Positions 55,588 through 64,000 of a stretch of DNA of 64,000 nucleotides are shown in pieces. This stretch comes from an uncultured Acidimicrobiia bacterium. GTDB lineage: Bacteria > Actinomycetota > Acidimicrobiia > Acidimicrobiales > AC-14. The stretch lies in assembly GCA_963836205.1 (NCBI GenBank), contig CAWIIV010000015.1, positions 288,001 through 352,000 on the forward strand, given 5' to 3'. Positions within the stretch are counted from its first letter, which is position 1, and every line of letters begins with the position of its first letter. Below the pieces are notes generated by a model, which was given only the letters and a program-made list of their open reading frames with translations, was not told the DNA's origin and did not search any database. Both the position numbers and the translations under genes were made by a program.

Positions 55588-56826
55588 CTACCAGCCGTTG
55601 GCGGACGCGGTGGGGACGAGCTCGTCCTCCCCCGTGTCGTCGTCGGAGATCAGGACGTAGCCGCACAGGGCCGCCAGCCGGGTGTGGCCCTCGTCGGGGC
55701 CGGTGGCGATGAGCTCGTCCTCCGGCTCGAGCACCACCCCGGCCCGGGGCCGGTAGATGTAGCGCCCGCCCCGGCGGATGGCCAGCAGGTAGAAGCCGGT
55801 CTCCGTCTCCAGGCACAGCTCCTTGAGGCTGTGGCCGTCGGCCTCGGACCCGGCCGCCACCGGCACCCGCACCGCCACCTCCTCGGCGTCGCCCAGGGCC
55901 AGGGCCAGGATGGGGTGCAGCTCCTCCCCCTCCTGGATCAGCCACACCATCTGCTGGGCGGCGTCGCCGATCTCCTCCGCGGCCTGGGCCAGGCGCATCA
56001 GGCCCCGCAGCCCCGACGGGTCGACCCGTTCCTGGGCCGCCCGCAGCACCCACAGCTCCAGCCGCTCCATCATCTCGTCGAGCCGGTCCTCCAGGCTGTT
56101 GACCTCCGCCGCCAGCCCCTGGTCACGCAGGACGAGGGCCGAATAGGCCAACCCCACCGCCACCTCGGAGATGTTCTTCATCTCCACCAGCACGTCGATG
56201 GCCCGGTCGAGGTCGGACACCACCACCTCCTCGGGCGCCTGGGGCGGCTCCCACGCCGGCGCCCCGGCCAGTTCCCGCAGCTCGGCGATCCCGGCCGCCG
56301 CCCCCTGCAGGAACAGCACGTCGCCCGGCAGCAGCACCATGTCGCCCTCGATCTCGGTGTTCCACTCCCGGCCCCGGCGCAGGGCTACTACCCGCATGCC
56401 GACCTCGACCGGCAGCTCCAGGTCGGCGAGAGCGTGGTGGGCCATGGCCGAGCTCTCGCGGACCCGGACCCGGTGGGAGATCTCCTCCGCCTGTGACAGG
56501 TCGGCCACCAGGGCCCGGGGAATGCCCAGACGGCGGGTGACGATGCGGGCGATGTCGACGGCGGCGTTGCCCAGCCGCTCGATGGCGCTGACCACCTGGA
56601 GCACCGATGCCATGGCGTCGGCGTCGCGGGGCGAGCGGGCGGCGAGGACGCAGATGGCCCGCATCTCGTGGATCAGGTCGGAGAGCTGGTTCTCCAGCTC
56701 GTCGACCTCCTCCGCCATGGCCGTGTCGCCGAAGTACACCGCGGCATAGCCCAGGTCGATCATCAGCTCGGAGGTGTCCTTCGCCTCCGAGAGCATGGTC
56801 TTCAGATTTCGGGGTCGTTCGTCCAT
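55588..56826 (-). CDS. Tandem PhoU + TrkA-C (RCK_C) domain protein
   Basis: Duplicated (KDTSELMIDLGYAA / KNISEVAVGLAYSA) PhoU halves, each followed by an (ALRRG / AIRRG) RCK_C segment. Confidence 0.8.
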   Translation of the reverse strand: MDERPRNLKTMLSEAKDTSELMIDLGYAAVYFGDTAMAEEVDELENQLSDLIHEMRAICVLAARSPRDADAMASVLQVVSAIERLGNAAVDIARIVTRRLGIPRALVADLSQAEEISHRVRVRESSAMAHHALADLELPVEVGMRVVALRRGREWNTEIEGDMVLLPGDVLFLQGAAAGIAELRELAGAPAWEPPQAPEEVVVSDLDRAIDVLVEMKNISEVAVGLAYSALVLRDQGLAAEVNSLEDRLDEMMERLELWVLRAAQERVDPSGLRGLMRLAQAAEEIGDAAQQMVWLIQEGEELHPILALALGDAEEVAVRVPVAAGSEADGHSLKELCLETETGFYLLAIRRGGRYIYRPRAGVVLEPEDELIATGPDEGHTRLAALCGYVLISDDDTGEDELVPTASANGW

Positions 56827-56845
56827 GAAGGGCTGCTCTCCGAGC

Positions 56846-58432
56846 CTAGGCCACACCGAGTGCGACGATGATGAGGATGAGGAACAGGGCGCCGGCGAAG
56901 TCGACCGACGACGTGACCAGGGGGATGCCGTAGGTGTCGGGGTCTACCCCGAAGCGGACGGCGGCAATGGTGCCGTAGTAGGCCACCGCCACCACGAAGG
57001 CCACCGCCAGGAAGCCACCGAGCAGGGACGCGCGCCACCATCTGGGCCAGCCCGGGGCTGGCCTGGCCCAGGGCCCGGCCCACGTAATGGGCGCCGACGC
57101 CGTTGAACAGGTACACCGGCAGTCCCAGGAGGAGCATGAGGGCGCCGTCGAGGCGGGCGTCGCGGTTGGGGATAGGCGCGGCGGCCATGAGGCCCAGATG
57201 GAGCTTGGTCGACAACCGGCTCGACAGGATGCCGCCCAGCGCCCCCGCGCTGCTGATGAAGGCGGGGAAGAGGATGAACAGGGCGGGGTAGGTGGCGAAC
57301 GTCTCGATGCGCTTCTCGATGGTGATGCCGGCCATGGTGCTGAGGCAGGCCGCGGCCAGCAGGATCGGGGTGGACTCCCGCACCACCCGGCGCAGGACCT
57401 CCTTCCCCGAGCGCCAGGCGAGCACGAACCCGGCCACGCTCACCGCCGCCACCAGGGCGCCTATGCCCTCCGACGCGTTCGGCAGATCGATCACCACCAG
57501 GCTCGCGACCCACAGGGCGGGCAGGGTGAGCACGTCGCCGAGGGTGGAGACGAGGGGGGCGGTGAGGTTGTCGAGGTCCCACCCGTACCGGACCGACCCC
57601 GCGGCCAGGGCGATGGTGGCCAGCAGCACCACCAGCGACCCGAGTAGGCCGCCGACGATCGAGATCAGGGCCAGGTCGAGGACGGAGATGGTGTTGGCCA
57701 CGCCCAGGGCCACGCTGACCAGCTTGGCCACCAGGGCCAGCGCGAAGGACAGGACGAGGGTGAGGACCAGGGACGCGGTGATGTTCTGGCCCACGAGCGT
57801 CTGCGGCCGGAGCGAGAGGCGGAAGGTGCCCAGGTGGATCGCGGTGCTCAGCCGGTTGCCGAGCGACGAGAACACGTTGCCCCGCAGGCCGATGGCGGCG
57901 GGGACGAGGACGAGGAGCCCGGGGAGGCGCTCGAAGGTGCCGGTGATCGAGCCGAGGACCGCCCCCGCCACCAGGCTGGTGGTGCTGTTCAGGCAGAGGG
58001 AGACCAGGCTCTGGCGGGCGCCGTCGGTGCTCGGTCCGAGGAGGGCGAGCAGCCGGCGGGAGAGATCGATGGGCCGGACGACCTTCCGGGCCTGGCGGAT
58101 GGGCACCGCCACGGTGGTGCCGACCTTGGCGCCGACGCGGGTGATCGCCTGCCGGGGCAACGGGCGGGACGCGGTTCGATCCGCGGTCGACGGGCGGCCC
58201 GACGACCGCGGTCGGCGCCGCGGTGGTGGCGCGGCGGGCCGTTGCGGTCACGGGGCCGGCCGTCGTCGACCGGGCCGTCGGCCGGCGAGGCCGCGCCCGT
58301 GCGGCCGTCCGGCGCCTGGGCGTCGGGCGCGTCCCGGCCCGAGCGGCGGGTCTTCGGGCGCCTAGGGCCGGTAGGTCCCGGGACGGAGGACGCGCCCGAC
58401 CCGGCGCCCGTGCGGCGTGCGTGGCGTGCCAT
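56846..58432 (-). CDS. Double MgtE-membrane-domain divalent cation transporter; apparent frameshifts near 57030 and 58161
   Basis: PAAIGLRGNV..RLST, DLDNLTAPLVSTLGD, second domain DPDTYGIPLVTSSVD read in an alternative frame; start uncertain. Confidence 0.75.
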
Positions 58433-58612
58433 GACTCGGCGGGTCCGCCATCGGGTCCTCCACCCTCGTCGACCTCCGGGATTCTACCGGCGCGCCCGTC
58501 CGGCAGCCGCCACCTTCTCCAGCTGCGGTTACCGCGGCCACTCCTGGGGCATCCTTCCCCGGCGGGGCGCCATCCGGTCGTCCGACGTACGCCTGGCCCA
58601 AAAAGGGGAAAC

Positions 58613-58768
58613 ATGCGCAGGATGATCGCGGCGATGCTGGCAGGCTCGATTCTGGTGTTCGGCGCGGCGGCCTGCGACGACAACTCCAATGCCGGCGACA
58701 AGATCGACGAGGACGACACCAACCTCGGTCCGGGCGACGGCGAGGACGAGGTCGGACCCGGCCGGTAG
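58613..58768 (+). CDS. Small acidic lipoprotein (51 aa)
   Basis: AAGGGG RBS; MRRMIAAMLAGSILVFGAAAC followed by an Asp-rich tail. Confidence 0.7.
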   Translation: MRRMIAAMLAGSILVFGAAACDDNSNAGDKIDEDDTNLGPGDGEDEVGPGR

Positions 58769-58781
58769 CCGACCGACGGGC

Positions 58782-59189
58782 TCAGCCGGAGCGGTCGGGG
58801 CCGGCTCGCTCGATCTCCACCCGGATCACCAGGCGGCGCTCGCGCTCCATGGCCGCCCGGTAGTCGTCCCAGTCGGGATGCTCGCCGGCCGCCTGGCGGT
58901 AGTAGTCGATCAGGGGCTCCATGGCGTCGGGCAGCGACAGCACGGTCGCCGTGCCGTCCACCTGCACCCACTCCCACGAGTTGGCCTTGGTGACCAGCAC
59001 CGACACCCGGGGATCACGCCGGAGGTTCTTCACCTTGTAGGCGGTCTCCCGGCTGCTGATGGCCACCCGACCCTCGTCGTCGACGGTGGCGCCGACGGGT
59101 GACATCTGGGGGCGGCCGTCGGCCCGGAAGGTGCAGAGCACCGCACTGTGGTTCTGGCGGATGAACTCCCGCGCCTTCTCAACGTCCAT
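58782..59189 (-). CDS. PPOX class F420-dependent oxidoreductase
   Basis: DGRPQMSPV, KVKNLRRDPR, GEHPDWDDYRAAM. Confidence 0.9.
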   Translation of the reverse strand: MDVEKAREFIRQNHSAVLCTFRADGRPQMSPVGATVDDEGRVAISSRETAYKVKNLRRDPRVSVLVTKANSWEWVQVDGTATVLSLPDAMEPLIDYYRQAAGEHPDWDDYRAAMERERRLVIRVEIERAGPDRSG

Positions 59190-59207
59190 GGTCGATGTCC
59201 ATCGTGG

Positions 59208-60089
59208 TCAGCCTTTCACCGGGCGGTTGCGGGCCCGGGCGGTGACGGCGGAGTAGTCGTAGGGGCCCAGGCCCTCGGCGTCGGACAGCTCGAACCAGGC
59301 CCGGGCGGCCATGGCCAGGGGCAGCTGGAGGCCCGCGTTCTGGGCCGTCCCGGTGACCAGGCGCAGATCCTTGGCCGCCAGGGCCAGCTTGAAGTTGGGC
59401 GGGAAGCGGCCCGACTCGATGTTGTCGCGCTTGCTCCGGACGGTGACCCCGATGGGCGACTCGGCCAGGATGTCGAGCACCGTCGACTGGTCGAGGGCGA
59501 AGGCGTCGGCCAGGGTGAGGGCCTCGGCCAGGCCCGACATGAGCGCCCCCAGGACGGAGTTGGTGACCAGCTTCATGGCCGCCCCCGACCCCGGCGGGCC
59601 CATGTGGATGGGGCGGCCGAGCGCCTCCAGCAACGGCGCCCACTCCTCGTACAGCTCCTGCTCCGCGCCCACGAAGATCTTCAGCGTCCCGTCGGTGGCC
59701 TGGGGGATGCTGCCCAGGACGGGGGCGTCGATCACGATGACGCTGTCGGGCAGGCGCTCGGACAGCTCGCGGATCACGTCCGGCCCCACCGTCGACATCT
59801 CGATCACGGTGTGGCCCCGCTCAGCATCGTCGGGCATCCCCTCGGCCAGCCCGCCCGAGCCGAAGACGACCTCCTCCAGCGCCTCCGGGGTGGAGAGCAT
59901 GGTGAACACCACCTCCGCCTGCCGGGCCGCCTCGGCCGGGGTGTCGACCAGGCGGGCGCCCCGTTCCACCAGCGGCCCCGCCTTCTCCGCCGTCCGGTTC
60001 CACACCACGAGGTCGTTGCCGGCGTCGAGCAGGCGGGCGGCCATGGGCAGGCCCATCTGGCCGAGGCCGACGAAGGCGAGGGTTGTCAT
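59208..60089 (-). CDS. 3-hydroxyisobutyrate dehydrogenase family NAD(P) oxidoreductase
   Basis: GLGQMG, WNRT, DAPVLGS, MKLVTN, KDL. Confidence 0.9.
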   Translation of the reverse strand: MTTLAFVGLGQMGLPMAARLLDAGNDLVVWNRTAEKAGPLVERGARLVDTPAEAARQAEVVFTMLSTPEALEEVVFGSGGLAEGMPDDAERGHTVIEMSTVGPDVIRELSERLPDSVIVIDAPVLGSIPQATDGTLKIFVGAEQELYEEWAPLLEALGRPIHMGPPGSGAAMKLVTNSVLGALMSGLAEALTLADAFALDQSTVLDILAESPIGVTVRSKRDNIESGRFPPNFKLALAAKDLRLVTGTAQNAGLQLPLAMAARAWFELSDAEGLGPYDYSAVTARARNRPVKG

Positions 60090-60118
60090 CCCCCCGTTCT
60101 ACTCCCCGGCAACGGAGG

Positions 60119-62461
60119 TCAGATTCGGGACAGCTCCACCAGCACCGCCCGCTCGACCTCCCGGGCGTGGTCGCCGTCGGCGACCTTGGCCCCGTGGGCG
60201 TCGGCCACGTAGAAGCTGTCGACCACCTCGTGGCCGAGGGTGGCCACCTTGGCCTGGCGGATGTCGAGGTGGAGGTCGGCGAGGGCCCGGGTGATGCGGT
60301 AGAGGGTGCCCAGGCGGTCGGGCGCCCGCACCTCCACGACGGTGGCCGTGGCCGACGCCCGGTTGTCGACGGTGACCGACGTGCGGGCGGGCACGGCCGA
60401 CATCGAGCCCGGGGAGCGGGGGCGATCGGCGTAGCGGCGGGCCCGGTCGGCCACCCCCGCCTCCAGCGACAGCCGGCCCTCCAGCACCCGGCGCAGGTCG
60501 GCCTCCACGTCGGCCCAGTCGGGCAGGCGGTCGAACACGGGCTGCACGTGGAACTCCTCCAGGGCCAAGCCGTCGTCGCCGGCCCACGCCCGGGCACTGA
60601 GCACGTCGAGGCCGTGCAGGGTGAGGGTGCCGGCCACCTTGGCGAACAGGCCGGGCCGGTCGTGGGCCGCGATCGTCACGTGGGAGCCGTCGCCCCGGAC
60701 GACGACCTCGCCCGCATCCCGGGCCTGGGTGGCCAGGTCGAGGTGGTCGGCGGAGGGGAACGTGCTCTGCCGCTCCCGCCGTTGGCCGCCGGTGAGGGTG
60801 GCCACCGCGTGGGCGGCCAGGTCGGCCACCAGGCCCGCCTTCCACGGGCTCCAGGCGGCGGGGCCGGTGGCGAGGGAGTCGGCCTCGGTGAGGGCGTGGA
60901 GCAGTTCGACCGTGCCCGGGTCGCCGAGGGCGGTGGCCACCGTGGCCGCGGTGGCCGGGTCCTCCACGTCGCGCCGGGTGGCGAGGTCGGCCAGCAGCAG
61001 GTGGTGGCGGACGAGGGCGAGCAGCACGGCCACGTCGTCCGGGGGAAAGCCCATGCGGGTCGCCACCCGGCCGACGACCTCCACCCCGGTGAGGCTGTGG
61101 TCGGTGCCCAGCTCGGGGACGAAGCCCTTGCCCAGGTCGTGCAGCCAGGTGCCGACCAGGAGGAGGTCGGGACGGGACACCTGCCCGACGAGGAGGGCCG
61201 CCCCCGCCGCCGCCTCGCACAGGTGCCGGTCGACGGTGAAGCGGTGGTAGGCGTTGCGCTGGGGCTTGCAGGACACGCTGGCCCACTCCGGCAGCAGCCG
61301 GGTGAGCAGGCCCTTCTGGTCGAGCGCCTCCAGCACCGGGATGGCGGCCCGCCCCGCGCCGAGCAGCGCCACCAGCGACTGGCGGGCTTCCTCGGGCCAC
61401 GGGTCGCCCGGCCCGGTGGCCTCGTCGACCAGCCGGTTGAGGGCGGCGCGGCTGAGGGCGGTGCCGGCGGTGGCCGCGGCCGCCGCCGCCCGCAGGATCA
61501 GCCCCGGGTCACCGGCCGGGTCGGCCTCGGCCCCCAGCTCCACCCGCCCGTCCCGCAGGACGACGCCCCGCCCGACGGACCGGTCCCTCGCCGCCATGCG
61601 CCCGATCGGGCCCCGCAGCGACGATCGGAGCCGGTCCCAGGTGTCGTCGCTGGTCCAGGCCACGGTGCGGGCGGCGGCCGCCACCCGGGCCATGAGCACG
61701 TCGGCGTCGGCGTCGCCCAGGGCCGCCGCCACCCCGTCCTGGTCCTGCAGCAGCAGGCGGTCGACGGCCTTGCCCGTGCGCCGGTGCAGCTCGATGCGCA
61801 CCGAGAGGAGCACGTCGAAGGCGGCGGCCAGCGCTTCATGGTCGTCGTCGCGGAGGATGCGGCGGGACGCCTCCGCCCACCGCAGGCTGTGGACGTCGCG
61901 CAGGCCGCCCCGCCCGTCCTTCAGGTCGGGCTCGAGCAGGAAGGCGACCTCGCCCGACTTGGCGTGGCGCTTGTCGACCGACTCCCCCAGCACGCCCAGC
62001 CAGCGGGCGGGCTTGCCCCGCCAGGCCGCCACCGCCCGCTCCCGGAGGTCGGTGGCCACGGCCTGGTCGCCGGCGATGAGGCGGCTGTCGAGGAGCGACG
62101 TGGCCGTGTCGAGGTCGTCGTGAGCCAGGGCCAGCGCTTCCTTCACCGACCGGACGCCGTGGCCCACCTTGAGCCCGGCGTCCCACAGGGGGTACCAGAC
62201 CTGGTCGGCCAGCTCCTTGACCTCGGCCAGGTCGCGGTCCTTGCGGGTGTGGACGAGGAGCACGTCGAGGTCGCTGCCGGGACACAGGTCCTCCCGGCCA
62301 TAACCCCCCACCGCGATCAGGGCCACCCCCGCCGCGCCCGTCCCGAACAGCCCGACCAGCCACGAGTCGGCCAGCGCGGTGTAGGCCCGGCAGAAGGCGG
62401 CGCCCTGCACAGAGGAATCCGCCAGGAGCGCGGCGCGCTCCTGGCGGAAGTCCTCGTTCAT
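60119..62461 (-). CDS. glnD: PII nucleotidylyltransferase GlnD
   Basis: AVGGYGR, SDLD, EPDLKDGRGGLRD, HRFTVDRH, LHDLGK, ACT domains. Confidence 0.95.
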   Translation of the reverse strand: MNEDFRQERAALLADSSVQGAAFCRAYTALADSWLVGLFGTGAAGVALIAVGGYGREDLCPGSDLDVLLVHTRKDRDLAEVKELADQVWYPLWDAGLKVGHGVRSVKEALALAHDDLDTATSLLDSRLIAGDQAVATDLRERAVAAWRGKPARWLGVLGESVDKRHAKSGEVAFLLEPDLKDGRGGLRDVHSLRWAEASRRILRDDDHEALAAAFDVLLSVRIELHRRTGKAVDRLLLQDQDGVAAALGDADADVLMARVAAAARTVAWTSDDTWDRLRSSLRGPIGRMAARDRSVGRGVVLRDGRVELGAEADPAGDPGLILRAAAAAATAGTALSRAALNRLVDEATGPGDPWPEEARQSLVALLGAGRAAIPVLEALDQKGLLTRLLPEWASVSCKPQRNAYHRFTVDRHLCEAAAGAALLVGQVSRPDLLLVGTWLHDLGKGFVPELGTDHSLTGVEVVGRVATRMGFPPDDVAVLLALVRHHLLLADLATRRDVEDPATAATVATALGDPGTVELLHALTEADSLATGPAAWSPWKAGLVADLAAHAVATLTGGQRRERQSTFPSADHLDLATQARDAGEVVVRGDGSHVTIAAHDRPGLFAKVAGTLTLHGLDVLSARAWAGDDGLALEEFHVQPVFDRLPDWADVEADLRRVLEGRLSLEAGVADRARRYADRPRSPGSMSAVPARTSVTVDNRASATATVVEVRAPDRLGTLYRITRALADLHLDIRQAKVATLGHEVVDSFYVADAHGAKVADGDHAREVERAVLVELSRI

Positions 62462-62482
62462 GGTTGTGTCGACACAGCCGCC

Positions 62483-64000
<1,518 letters not shown>

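Overview
High-GC actinobacterial chromosome segment whose gene content and order suggest Acidimicrobiia. 1-34 kb is the conserved core, mostly on the minus strand: trmD-rplS-lepB-DUF2469-yraN-comM-dprA-xerC-whiG-M23-rpsB-tsf-pyrH-frr-cdsA-dxr-rseP-ispG-rimP-nusA-ylxR-infB-DUF503-rbfA, with an accessory insert at 6.5-12.8 kb. 34-60 kb is accessory: a repetitive secreted protein, an Fe3+ ABC transporter, SigK/RskA with a ferritin-like pair, mca, a group II intron, an HNH pseudogene, corA and an MgtE/PhoU-RCK module. amt-glnK-glnD closes the window. Top observations: (1) a c-di-GMP-I (GEMM)-like riboswitch sits in frame inside the putative anti-sigma gene behind an ECF sigma, just before an internal RBS+ATG, and the sigma gene has a WhiG/sigma28-like promoter; (2) a group II intron is inserted exactly at the ATG of an apparently leaderless mca gene, carries a CAUG target-recognition loop and regenerates the ATG at its 3' end; (3) a dispersed family of 48-49 bp palindromes (AACTGGTGAC...GTCACCAGTT), one interrupted by an IS110 remnant; (4) a folE gene with an in-frame internal deletion. 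Several 1-bp frameshifts may be assembly errors. All family assignments come from recognising motifs by eye; no database searches were run.
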